Part shown: piece by piece, positions 16,850-25,316 of the stretch
Position numbering within the stretch: the stretch's first letter is position 1
Layout of the letters: every line of letters begins with the position of its first letter
Virus record (IMG/VR): IMGVR_UViG_3300021979_000003
Span: 32,001-96,000 of that record
Source: a virus
Lineage: Duplodnaviria; Caudoviricetes
Reading direction: 5' to 3' (one strand)
Length of the DNA stretch: 64,000 bases
Translations under genes and position numbers: made by a program
Notes under the pieces: generated by a model
Told to the model about the DNA's origin: nothing
Database searches by the model: none
The model's input: the letters and a program-made list of their open reading frames with translations, nothing else

Positions 16850-17704
16850 CTACGTCCAAAGTGTTGATCTTATATCGACCAACTTTTTGAGCATCTTGTT
16901 ATCTTCTTCATAGAAGTCTTGCTCTGAATCGTGCTTACTATTTATTTTATTTGAATACTCTCTGTATACATCTGGGTGATCTTTCTTAAACCTATCACTC
17001 AAGATGAAACACACACCGTATTCTTTTTCGTATTCTTCACGATCTTTAATCGACATAAACGCTTCAACTGAAATGTATTTTCGGTTGGGACGTAAATCGA
17101 CATACCAAACATAAAGCTCAAGTATTTCCTTGTACTTTTCTATCTGTCTGATTATGGAATTCTGCTCTGAAATACTGGATGCATCATATGGGTTCATGTC
17201 AATGTTTTTAGTTATATGCATGACACCAAGTTCTGGTGACCGGAACTTAGAACTTTGAATTCCAAGGAAATCAAAATGTTTCGAAATAATACGTTGCTTT
17301 TTATATGAGTCGTACAGTGGATGTGATTCATCCATGCAAATAAATTCCATCCATGCCAGTTCGCCTTCTACGAACTCTTTGAGAAGATTAAACATACCGT
17401 GAAACATACGGTCATCGACTTCATTGTAACCAACGCCCAGACCCGTATCAATCATGTGTGTTCTTTCAGTGATACGATGTGCAATTACATTACGTAAGTT
17501 GGGAATACGATCACTGATAAGGAATCGGTATGCACTATCAATCTTATCTGGAACTGTTTCTAAAAGAAAGTATCGAATCGGTGTATCTTCACGATATTTC
17601 TTGTAGAAATCGTTCCAACCATCATGAGAGAGTGCAAAGGGTTTCTCTGCACCGTACTTGTCTCTCAATTTTTCTACTACTTTACTCGAAATACTTCTAA
17701 TCAC
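16850..17704 (-). CDS. hypothetical protein
   Basis: Long ORF in operon. Confidence 0.75.
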   Translation of the reverse strand: MIRSISSKVVEKLRDKYGAEKPFALSHDGWNDFYKKYREDTPIRYFLLETVPDKIDSAYRFLISDRIPNLRNVIAHRITERTHMIDTGLGVGYNEVDDRMFHGMFNLLKEFVEGELAWMEFICMDESHPLYDSYKKQRIISKHFDFLGIQSSKFRSPELGVMHITKNIDMNPYDASSISEQNSIIRQIEKYKEILELYVWYVDLRPNRKYISVEAFMSIKDREEYEKEYGVCFILSDRFKKDHPDVYREYSNKINSKHDSEQDFYEEDNKMLKKLVDIRSTLWT

Positions 17705-18477
17705 ACATCAACCCCTAGTGATATATTTTTAATATGTTCGAATGATGGGTTATCAAACGAATCCACAATGGTTACATTTCGTTGTGCTTCGCGAGATTCC
17801 GGTTTATTTTTATCGGGTATCTTGTCCCACACTTCATCTTCAATAGGCATTGTAACCTGTTTACGGTAGATGTAAACCCCATAACGAAACTCGTTAGGAT
17901 AGTCATACCAATTAACATCTTTACGAAGACCCAACATGCTAATGACTTCAGTAGTCTTCTTCTTATGCATGTCACTACGACTTAGGTAATAATGACCAAC
18001 CATAGACACTGAGTTTCGCACACAGTCAACTTGCCTCCAATAAATGGAATTAACCGCTTCATTGTAGTCTGGAACGTTGAATGCACGAGCATCAAAGTGT
18101 GGAGTGGTTTCAGACACATGCTCAGGCCATTTCTTCATCGCTTCAATGACGAATTTAGATGTTGCCATAGCAGCCAGAACACTAACCACTTTTTGTTTCT
18201 TAGCATTGAAGAAAACATCTTTGCGATCAATAAGAATAGAAATCTCATCGCTTTGAGTATAGGCCAAGCAACCGCCACACTTTTCCATGACGTGCTTAGC
18301 CGTTGCAACCATCACTTCCCGAAAGTCTTCATCATACGGACGCTTGAACGGTTTGGTAAATTTACTGAAACCACGTCCGTCTAGACGTACAACGATAGGA
18401 AGGTTTGGATTAAGCTTTTCACGAGTTTCTTTTTTCTCGTACATTTTCATTCTATGTGCAAAATCAGTACTATCCAT
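17701..18477 (-). CDS. thg1: tRNA(His) guanylyltransferase / Thg1-like 3'-5' polymerase
   Basis: VRLDGRGFSKFT, YTQSDEISIL, FDARAF, YWRQ-x-DC-x-RNS. Confidence 0.92.
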   Translation of the reverse strand: MDSTDFAHRMKMYEKKETREKLNPNLPIVVRLDGRGFSKFTKPFKRPYDEDFREVMVATAKHVMEKCGGCLAYTQSDEISILIDRKDVFFNAKKQKVVSVLAAMATSKFVIEAMKKWPEHVSETTPHFDARAFNVPDYNEAVNSIYWRQVDCVRNSVSMVGHYYLSRSDMHKKKTTEVISMLGLRKDVNWYDYPNEFRYGVYIYRKQVTMPIEDEVWDKIPDKNKPESREAQRNVTIVDSFDNPSFEHIKNISLGVDV

Positions 18478-18495
18478 AACAATTATCCTTACAAA

Positions 18496-18717
18496 TTAAA
18501 TGGTTACAAAAGACGCAGTAGACAAGAAATAGTCAAATACTGGCTCTGATACAAAGATCAGTGCGCGTTCACCATGGACGGTTTTACATACATAGTGTTC
18601 ATCTTCAAGAACATGTACAACATTTTCAGAAAATTCAATCTCAATGGTTTGACCGTGGAGACTTCCACCTGCTACACGAACTTCATCATTAGACACAACA
18701 ACACTCATATCAGTCAT
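18496..18717 (-). CDS. hypothetical protein
   Basis: ORF with upstream promoter. Confidence 0.65.
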   Translation of the reverse strand: MTDMSVVVSNDEVRVAGGSLHGQTIEIEFSENVVHVLEDEHYVCKTVHGERALIFVSEPVFDYFLSTASFVTI

Positions 18718-18747
18718 AATATTTCCCCTTTTATGTTACGTTTATAG

Positions 18748-18775
18748 ATTATACCAAAGATTACTCAGAAAGCAA
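18748..18775 (-). promoter_or_regulatory. sigma70-like promoter, 16-nt spacer class
   Basis: TTGCTT-N13-TGG-TATAAT. Confidence 0.65.
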
Positions 18776-19825
18776 ATCTTTAATGATATAATAGTGATCT
18801 TCAAAAAACATATCTCGCATGTTTTCGATTTCAAACAAAGAGAACCATCCTGCATGTTCTTTCTGGCTTTTTGTTTTACGCACCTTGGGGAATCCCTTAA
18901 GGCTTGTAACATTGTCCAGTTCTACCAGACCTGCATTAGTAATAATGCGTCCGCGTAGTGAACGGATAGGATCATCATATGTCTTAACTTTGCGTACATT
19001 AGAACTAAGAATGTTTTCATGTACTTGAATGTTGGTGTCTTTTTTCAAATTTTTAACAACACCTTCCTCAATAGTATCACCTTGAGAAAGAAAGCCTCCC
19101 GGCAAACAATAAAGGTCTTTACCAACAGCACCTTTGCGCTTTACGACCAAGACATAGCCTTTGTAATAAACCACTGCATCTGTAGTTACAAAGGTAGGAG
19201 GAAATGGTGCTGCTTCCCACTGTGACTTTTGAAATTTAACTGCCTCATATTCTTCCTTGAGGTCTTCAAAGTCATAACCCTTGCGAAAAGTATCATACCA
19301 CTCACCCTTCCTGAACTTATCATAAAGATTGGTCATGTTGGGAGCAATGTGTAATGAGATATCTTCCATACCATAGAAGTCTTCATAAAGTTCCTGACTG
19401 ATGCCCATATCAACTTTATTCACATTGAAGATTGGCTCAGGGAAAATGTTTTCATATCGGTGATTTGATTCACTCGATACATACACATTTAGTTCTAGAT
19501 TTTTTCGATCTACATACAAAGCATTAAGACGCTCATTCAATTTCGAATGAACATCTGTGATCCACTGACGCTTATTAACGGGGTTGTCTTTGACAAGGCA
19601 GATAGAAAAGTCTTCCTTTTCCAACCCATCATTGACTTCGAAGGTTTTTAGAATGTTGTCTGCACGATCATGCTTGTTGAAAGGCATTGTGTAATCTTTA
19701 GAACGATCAGCAGAACAAACAAAGATCAACACATGATCATTCTCATCTGATGCTTTTCTAAGAACATGGAAAATTTCTCGGGTTACAAACGAGAACTTAC
19801 CGACTACTACTCCAATCTTTGCCAT
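18761..19825 (-). CDS. NMN adenylyltransferase-Nudix fusion (NadM-Nudix-like) with both catalytic motifs degenerate
   Basis: Architecture, PFPPTFVTTDAVV, LPGGF, RSLRGR-x-IT and FEDHY match NadM-Nudix; HxGH replaced by TREI, Nudix RExxEE replaced by KNLKKD. Confidence 0.75.
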   Translation of the reverse strand: MAKIGVVVGKFSFVTREIFHVLRKASDENDHVLIFVCSADRSKDYTMPFNKHDRADNILKTFEVNDGLEKEDFSICLVKDNPVNKRQWITDVHSKLNERLNALYVDRKNLELNVYVSSESNHRYENIFPEPIFNVNKVDMGISQELYEDFYGMEDISLHIAPNMTNLYDKFRKGEWYDTFRKGYDFEDLKEEYEAVKFQKSQWEAAPFPPTFVTTDAVVYYKGYVLVVKRKGAVGKDLYCLPGGFLSQGDTIEEGVVKNLKKDTNIQVHENILSSNVRKVKTYDDPIRSLRGRIITNAGLVELDNVTSLKGFPKVRKTKSQKEHAGWFSLFEIENMRDMFFEDHYYIIKDLLSE

Positions 19826-20039
19826 AGCGAGAACCCCTTAATTCGATACGCTTTTCTTTATGATAAAGATATGATACCACAGCTACATAGAAAATAGCAA
19901 CTATTTTATTAATGTATGGGATAGATGATAGTATAACAGAAAACAGTGCCTTCGAAATTATAAAGGCACCGCTATAGAATGCTATAATGTAAAAAGCTCC
20001 AAAAAAGGAGCAAATTATTAAAAGTCTCAGTCTTTCCAT
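19797..20039 (-). CDS. membrane protein
   Basis: Two TM segments. Confidence 0.6.
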   Translation of the reverse strand: MERLRLLIICSFFGAFYIIAFYSGAFIISKALFSVILSSIPYINKIVAIFYVAVVSYLYHKEKRIELRGSRYGKDWSSSR

Positions 20040-20044
20040 CTTTG

Positions 20045-20578
20045 CTATCTCATAAAGGGGATTTGTCTTTTAAACTTATTTCTTGAAAAATCATTATTCA
20101 AATAATATCGTTCACCGAAGTGGTCATATACTCTAGAGAAAAATGAAGGGTGAATCTTTTTATGTAAACTCTCCATTGATATCTTAGGCATATCACTATA
20201 GTCTTCTCCGATATTATACTCATTAGACAAACCAACGGAAATCCTAAAAGAGTAATTATTTGTATACAAATAATCTTCGCTATTAAACACAGATACTGTT
20301 TTGTAACTTGAATCAATTTCAGGTTGGTTGATGGTAACCCTGAAGCTTGCAAACTCCAACACACCATCAATATATTCCATTTCAAATCGACGTATAGAGT
20401 CTAATGATCGGTGATCTAAAAGCAATATACGATGATCACGCACGTAGTCTTCAAATATTTCTTTTTGAACAGTGCGTATGTAATGTGTCAAATCATTAAG
20501 TATTGATATATCCCTTTGGTATGGAAGGTAAGGATATACAGCAACTGTTTTATTATTCATAGGTATAGTCTGTTGCAA
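20045..20578 (-). CDS. hypothetical protein
   Basis: ORF in operon. Confidence 0.65.
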   Translation of the reverse strand: MQQTIPMNNKTVAVYPYLPYQRDISILNDLTHYIRTVQKEIFEDYVRDHRILLLDHRSLDSIRRFEMEYIDGVLEFASFRVTINQPEIDSSYKTVSVFNSEDYLYTNNYSFRISVGLSNEYNIGEDYSDMPKISMESLHKKIHPSFFSRVYDHFGERYYLNNDFSRNKFKRQIPFMR

Positions 20579-21021
20579 TAATTAGGTAGTTTCGTATTTT
20601 TATTAATAATGGTGTTTACGATTGTTGCACTAGACAACATACTGTATTTATTAAGTTCAATTGCATCAGAAACAGTTGAGGTTATCAAATACGTATATCC
20701 TCTTACTGCACTTAGCATACGGTCATTTTTATTTAAAACATGAAGCTTATCATAATAAATTTCTTTTCTGTCTAGCCAATGTCTAACCAATTCACCATCA
20801 GGGTCACTAGACATTCTACGATTGTATATGTCTATTTGATAACCACGTTGACGTAGTTGGTATATCATAACTAGCAAATAGGCGTTAAAGTCCAGCTTAG
20901 ACATAGAAAAACTGTCCATGGTGTGGACAGTAGTTTTTTGACTACGATACCGATTTATCTTAGATAGCGTAGTCACTGTGTTGGCTAGTGTATTATCAAA
21001 TTCGATAAGAGCTACCGACAT
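20557..21021 (-). CDS. HAD-fold protein, degenerate motif I
   Basis: ALIEFDNTLA versus DxDGT; LRQRGY-x-I-x-I...R; WL...I-x-YDKL. Confidence 0.55.
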   Translation of the reverse strand: MSVALIEFDNTLANTVTTLSKINRYRSQKTTVHTMDSFSMSKLDFNAYLLVMIYQLRQRGYQIDIYNRRMSSDPDGELVRHWLDRKEIYYDKLHVLNKNDRMLSAVRGYTYLITSTVSDAIELNKYSMLSSATIVNTIINKNTKLPNYCNRLYL

Positions 21022-21022
21022 A

Positions 21023-21406
21023 TTAAATTAGAACTATACAGGCAATAATTGCATAGTGAGTTAGGTGATGAACCATTTGATCTAATCCCAAGCTCCACCA
21101 GAAACGTTTATCTTTAATGTCATAACGTCCTAGCATATTAGGACTAGCTTTTACACGATCCATAACAAAGTGCACAGCCATGTCGAACAATGCTAAGCAT
21201 ACTGATAGGAATAGCATTTGAGTGAATGAGATAGCAATGATAAAGGTTGCAAGTGCATGTACACCAGTATGTGCAAGTAGAGGCTTCACCCACCCGATAT
21301 CTTTGAACTTACCAAGCATATAAACATTCTGAAGTGGGTAATCACAAATAAAATGCTTAAGTTGGTACAAAACCAATAATACAAAAATACTAGTTACGAT
21401 TTCCAT
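21023..21406 (-). CDS. DUF3307 membrane protein
   Basis: HFICDYPLQ...LLAH-x-GVH...H-xx-MD...GLDQMVH. Confidence 0.8.
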   Translation of the reverse strand: MEIVTSIFVLLVLYQLKHFICDYPLQNVYMLGKFKDIGWVKPLLAHTGVHALATFIIAISFTQMLFLSVCLALFDMAVHFVMDRVKASPNMLGRYDIKDKRFWWSLGLDQMVHHLTHYAIIACIVLI

Positions 21407-21566
21407 TTATAGCTCCTGTAATGTTCATGTTTATTAAATAACGATAAGGGACGTGAATACCATGTTCTATATTCTGGTCCCTTGTCTGATTATCATAATT
21501 CCAATTTCGATAGTTATAGTATTCCACACTAAGATTTTTAGTGTAGTCGTTTTTATTACTGCTCAT
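21390..21566 (-). CDS. small hypothetical protein (58 aa)
   Basis: Manual translation MSSNKNDYTKNLSVEY...; GAGG RBS. Confidence 0.45.
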   Translation of the reverse strand: MSSNKNDYTKNLSVEYYNYRNWNYDNQTRDQNIEHGIHVPYRYLINMNITGAINGNRN

Positions 21567-21572
21567 AACACC

Positions 21573-21920
21573 TCAGTTTAATATATCGGAGTTTATGATA
21601 TTAATTTCGATATTATACTTACTTCGCATAACTGCTCTCGCACCCATGATGTGGCGCACGGCAGCGACATTTGAAGAATGAACATAGATTCTTTTAAGCT
21701 TAGAAAGCTCGATATCTTTCCAATAAAGACGTTCTTCAATCCATTTGAAAATATCTTTCCCTTCAATCTCTTCGCCTAAATCATTGTCCAAGCTGACAAC
21801 TTCAAACGTGTTTGTTTGAAGAGCTTTAAAAGCATCGGCAGAATTCTTAACCCATACCCATTCCCCTTTAACGAACTCTTCTGGGTTTCGTAAATCATCG
21901 ACCCATAACATATTTGACAT
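21573..21920 (-). CDS. cyclic-phosphate-processing receiver-like domain protein
   Basis: LWVDDLR-x-P...W-xx-VKN...VSLDNDLG...G-xx-I-xx-WIE...VHS-x-N. Confidence 0.75.
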   Translation of the reverse strand: MSNMLWVDDLRNPEEFVKGEWVWVKNSADAFKALQTNTFEVVSLDNDLGEEIEGKDIFKWIEERLYWKDIELSKLKRIYVHSSNVAAVRHIMGARAVMRSKYNIEINIINSDILN

Positions 21921-21950
21921 AACAACCTCCAACGTACAATGGTACGTATA

Positions 21951-22085
21951 TTATTTTTCTTCTGAATCCTTATCGGCTTTCAGAACATTAGCATCATCTT
22001 CTGCTAATTGGTCTTCACGCCAAATTTCATAAATTTCCTGTGAATTGCTAACTGTTTCATACTGAGTATCATTCGTGTTTGGCAT
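21951..22085 (-). CDS. small acidic hypothetical protein (44 aa)
   Basis: Manual translation MPNTNDTQYETV...; GGAG RBS. Confidence 0.45.
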   Translation of the reverse strand: MPNTNDTQYETVSNSQEIYEIWREDQLAEDDANVLKADKDSEEK

Positions 22086-22533
22086 ATAACTCACTCCGTT
22101 TTAAATGATGTTTGATATCATAAAGATATTTTGTATCTTTTCGGTAAAACAAATATGCAAATACAGGAAAGGCTAGACCTAATCCCACTGATAGTATTAT
22201 GGCACATTTGAAGAATATTGCAAGGGCAACATACGATAAAATAGAAACTAGGTAAAAAGTAATAAAGCGCACCGGCTGTTTGAAAAATGAAAGATATTCG
22301 GCAAGATACCTATCGTCAGGATGCGTCATGTTTTTTATAGAATTGACTCGTCTGGCTTCAATAAAAACCAGTAGTCCATAATATAGATTGAAACTAGCAC
22401 CAACTATAGCCAATGCTTTAAAGGAAGGAAAGATAGCCAAAACAATTATTAGCACGATATTAATAATGAAAAATATCGAACGATAAAGAGAAGCATTGTT
22501 CAAAATCTCATAGAAATGCTTACTTATGACCAC
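22069..22533 (-). CDS. multi-TM membrane protein
   Basis: Four hydrophobic segments. Confidence 0.65.
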   Translation of the reverse strand: MVISKHFYEILNNASLYRSIFFIINIVLIIVLAIFPSFKALAIVGASFNLYYGLLVFIEARRVNSIKNMTHPDDRYLAEYLSFFKQPVRFITFYLVSILSYVALAIFFKCAIILSVGLGLAFPVFAYLFYRKDTKYLYDIKHHLKRSELYAKHE

Positions 22534-22667
22534 TATTTTTGCACCTCATGATATCTATATTCGCGTCCACATTTTTTACATTTGTGAATAAATTTGGGAG
22601 GAACAGTCATTACGGCAGTTCCAGTATATACTAATTTCTGATCAGGACAATCCACACAGTATTTCAT
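22533..22667 (-). CDS. small zinc-ribbon protein (44 aa)
   Basis: Manual translation MKYCVDCPDQKLVYTGTAVMTVPPKFIHKCKKCGREYRYHEVQK; GAGG RBS. Confidence 0.65.
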   Translation of the reverse strand: MKYCVDCPDQKLVYTGTAVMTVPPKFIHKCKKCGREYRYHEVQK

Positions 22668-22681
22668 ATCATTTCCTCACA

Positions 22682-22689
22682 TATAAATA
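22682..22689 (+). promoter_or_regulatory. T4-type late promoter
   Basis: TATAAATA 23 nt upstream of the ATG at 22713. Confidence 0.6.
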
Positions 22690-22712
22690 TATTTATTAAG
22701 GAGTATACATTT

Positions 22713-23060
22713 ATGAAAGCTGGTGACATTATACCACAGAAAGAAAAGATGGGTAAAATAATATCTCATATTGTTAAAAACATAGACAAGGATGGGAAAA
22801 CTGTCTTTACTGGTCAGGAATTGAAAGAGAAGTATGACTATGACTTTATTCATAGTGGGCTTATAGTTACAGTCGATAAGAACATTGATCCATCGCCTGA
22901 CAGAGAATATAAGGTAGATGAGTTCTGGGGTAATGAAATTAGAATTGATATCGCATCAAAGGGTCTATCCAACTCCCAGATCAAAGAGATATTGAAAAAA
23001 GCTTTTGATGAGTATGTAGAAGTTATAAATCGAAAAAGTCAGAAATACGAACAGTTATAA
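22713..23060 (+). CDS. hypothetical protein
   Basis: ORF with AAGGAG RBS and late promoter. Confidence 0.75.
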   Translation: MKAGDIIPQKEKMGKIISHIVKNIDKDGKTVFTGQELKEKYDYDFIHSGLIVTVDKNIDPSPDREYKVDEFWGNEIRIDIASKGLSNSQIKEILKKAFDEYVEVINRKSQKYEQL

Positions 23061-23084
23061 AAAATCCCCCATAGGTGGGGGATT
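23059..23084 (-). terminator. intrinsic terminator between convergent genes
   Basis: AATCCCCC/GGGGGATT hairpin with T run on the minus strand. Confidence 0.65.
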
Positions 23085-23173
23085 CGACATTATAGAACAC
23101 ACTTTGGCAGGCATCAAGCATTCTAATATTATTTATATAGCAATGAGTATCTTTATATAGTAAGTTTAAATTT

Positions 23174-23404
23174 TTATACTAAAGCATAGTTCAAAAAGAC
23201 ATAAAAAAAGTCTCTAAACTTGTCGTCTAAAGACTTTTTATGCTTCACCTTACGGCTATAGTTTTTGTCTCGCCCTTTCTTAGGCTCTTCGACTTTATGC
23301 TTAAACATCGGTGATGTTACTAAAGCTGCGTAATAATTATCTTTTATTGTACCTCTCCCAATATCATGCTTGTGTTTGGGAGTATTCTTTTTTCTCTTAC
23401 TCAT
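23174..23404 (-). CDS. arfA: alternative ribosome-rescue factor A homolog
   Basis: GTIKDNYYAALVTSPMFKHKVEEPKKG...YSRKVKH aligns with E. coli ArfA [37 protein letters not shown]; start at MSKRKK (AGGAG). Confidence 0.85.
   Translation of the reverse strand: MSKRKKNTPKHKHDIGRGTIKDNYYAALVTSPMFKHKVEEPKKGRDKNYSRKVKHKKSLDDKFRDFFYVFLNYALV
23200..23242 (-). promoter_or_regulatory. intragenic hairpin upstream of arfA stop codon (non-stop mRNA generator)
   Basis: 15-bp stem AAAAAGTCTTTAGAC-GACAA-GTTTAGAGACTTTTT with two G.U pairs, followed by more T residues. Confidence 0.6.
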
Positions 23405-23417
23405 TGCATTTCTCCTA

Positions 23418-23789
23418 TTACATTTTAAATCTGGCTCCCTCAATAAATTCTTCAAGTCTCTCAGGGTCCATTGAATTCAAGATACTTTCCAATGATTCAA
23501 AAGTTAGGTCGCCTGCATCATGAATGATAATAGTATCACCCATTGCAAACCTAGCTCTTAAGGTCATTGCATAACAAGTTCTTGTGTCGTTATTTATGGT
23601 TCCCTCTGGCATACCAAACTTTTTTTCTACCTTTTCAAAGTCTTTTGCCAAAAGCTTAAATATACCGTTGAGTTTACTACGTTCTTTAACATAGTCCATG
23701 TACGCAATTCTATGTAAAGAATCTACTTCCACCGACGTATTACTACCATAGCTACGAACCGGCCTGACAATTGCGATATATGATGCCAT
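23418..23789 (-). CDS. hypothetical protein
   Basis: ORF with AGGAG RBS. Confidence 0.75.
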   Translation of the reverse strand: MASYIAIVRPVRSYGSNTSVEVDSLHRIAYMDYVKERSKLNGIFKLLAKDFEKVEKKFGMPEGTINNDTRTCYAMTLRARFAMGDTIIIHDAGDLTFESLESILNSMDPERLEEFIEGARFKM

Positions 23790-23810
23790 ATAATTCTCCT
23801 AAAATATTGG

Positions 23811-23818
23811 TATAAATA
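23811..23818 (+). promoter_or_regulatory. T4-type late promoter
   Basis: TATAAATA upstream of endolysin. Confidence 0.65.
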
Positions 23819-23845
23819 TTACCATAGTATGCAAAGGGAGTCAAC

Positions 23846-24427
23846 ATGAGCAACTTTTTTGATAAATTTATGGAACTATTTAAACCCAAAAAGGAAGTTG
23901 AGATTCCATATCGTAAAATACATGGGGAACCAATTATGAACATTAATGAAATTAGAAGAACTGACAAATTGTCTGACAATTTTAGACTAAGCGAGTTTCT
24001 AAAATCTCAGACTGCATCACGTAGAGGTATTTCCAACTCTCCAACAGATGAACACCTAAAGAACATGAAAATACTCGTTGACAACGTTTTACAGCCATTG
24101 AGGGAAGATATTGGGAAGCCTCTAGTGATAACAAGCGGATATCGCTCAAAAGAGCTTAATGATGCCATTGGCGGCTCTGAAAACTCACAACACTCTAAGG
24201 GACAAGCTGCTGACATAGAGTGTTTCGGAATGTCTAACCGTGAATTGGCTATATTCATCAGAGATAATTACGAATTTGATCAACTAATTCTAGAGTTCTA
24301 TAATCCTGACGAAGGTGAAAACTCTGGATGGGTTCACGTGTCATTTAATGAAGACCATAACCGCAAGGAAGTTATGACTGCTCTTTCGCAAAATGGTAGC
24401 GTTAACTACCAGTATGGAATTTACTGA
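23846..24427 (+). CDS. peptidase M15A-family endolysin (Zn D-Ala-D-Ala peptidase fold)
   Basis: LSDNF-x-LSEF, ITSGYRS-xx-LN-x-AIGGS-xx-SQH-xx-GQAADI, GWVHVS. Confidence 0.9.
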   Translation: MSNFFDKFMELFKPKKEVEIPYRKIHGEPIMNINEIRRTDKLSDNFRLSEFLKSQTASRRGISNSPTDEHLKNMKILVDNVLQPLREDIGKPLVITSGYRSKELNDAIGGSENSQHSKGQAADIECFGMSNRELAIFIRDNYEFDQLILEFYNPDEGENSGWVHVSFNEDHNRKEVMTALSQNGSVNYQYGIY

Positions 24428-24846
24428 TAGTAACTGTCCCACTCAGATTCTAAATCAAAAGTATCCAATTCAGATTCTGTCATTGCCTCTATTTTAGAGG
24501 CAATTTTATTTTCAGTGCTGAAAGATTTTTCGATATGCATAGAAACTGTAGTTGCTATCCCAATCATTTGTTCGTAACCAACATCGGTAATCCATCCATT
24601 GTGGCCTTTCCAGTCTATAGACTGCATCATGCCAGATTGCAATGCCATTACAGTTGATGTTATTTTCGCAATAGAACCTTCATCAGTTTTTAATATTATT
24701 CCGTTATAGTCAACGCCACCCGATTCAACTTTTCTTCTAAGGTTTGATAACTTTTTAAGCATAATCTTATGTTTGGTAGTAATAACTTCTTCACTGCCAT
24801 CATATATGTTTATTGTATGACCTTGTGTTTTATATATCTCTTTCAT
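24421..24846 (-). CDS. DUF4376-like tail-fibre-associated protein
   Basis: RR-xx-E-x-GG-x-x-x-NG...TD-xx-S...I-x-WK-xx-NGW pattern. Confidence 0.65.
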   Translation of the reverse strand: MKEIYKTQGHTINIYDGSEEVITTKHKIMLKKLSNLRRKVESGGVDYNGIILKTDEGSIAKITSTVMALQSGMMQSIDWKGHNGWITDVGYEQMIGIATTVSMHIEKSFSTENKIASKIEAMTESELDTFDLESEWDSYYQ

Positions 24847-24848
24847 AA

Positions 24849-25316
24849 TTATTCAATTGGAACAAGTGAAATGAAAATTGTTTCATTTGTTCCCCACCAT
24901 CCTCTATTTCTATTATTGTTTGTAGCGTAAATCTCAATGAACTCATTCACTAAGTAAGGTGGTGTATTACCAGCAATACTACCTATAGTTGTATCCGAAT
25001 GAGCAAAAACGTTTTTTAGAACACCACCAGCCAAATCACTATCAAAAACAACAATGTCATCAATTATGATCTTAGTAATTGAAACACCGTCATCCGAAGT
25101 TTCTATACCGCCGAAATTAAAAACACCCGTTCCTTTCGCAATAAGAACAGGACTGTACGTCTCATTTGGTATTGTAACCTCTAAAACACCTGCGTTTTGG
25201 TCATCATTATTGTAAATATTAAGAGCATTCTCTGGAAGTCTGGGTACTGTGAGTATTCTTCTCAATAGGCTAGATTTTATGTTTTGTTTGTTTCCTCTAA
25301 AATTAATATCAGGCAT
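24849..25316 (-). CDS. putative virion structural protein
   Basis: Beta-rich composition; context. Confidence 0.5.
   Translation of the reverse strand: MPDINFRGNKQNIKSSLLRRILTVPRLPENALNIYNNDDQNAGVLEVTIPNETYSPVLIAKGTGVFNFGGIETSDDGVSITKIIIDDIVVFDSDLAGGVLKNVFAHSDTTIGSIAGNTPPYLVNEFIEIYATNNNRNRGWWGTNETIFISLVPIE

Noticed and set aside
166-24000. Many plus-strand ORFs of 60-117 aa (e.g. 166..393, 1106..1459, 3259..3546, 7622..7921, 18031..18384)
   Set aside because: They lie antisense to well-supported, tightly packed minus-strand genes, lack an RBS and have implausible composition; they are shadow ORFs
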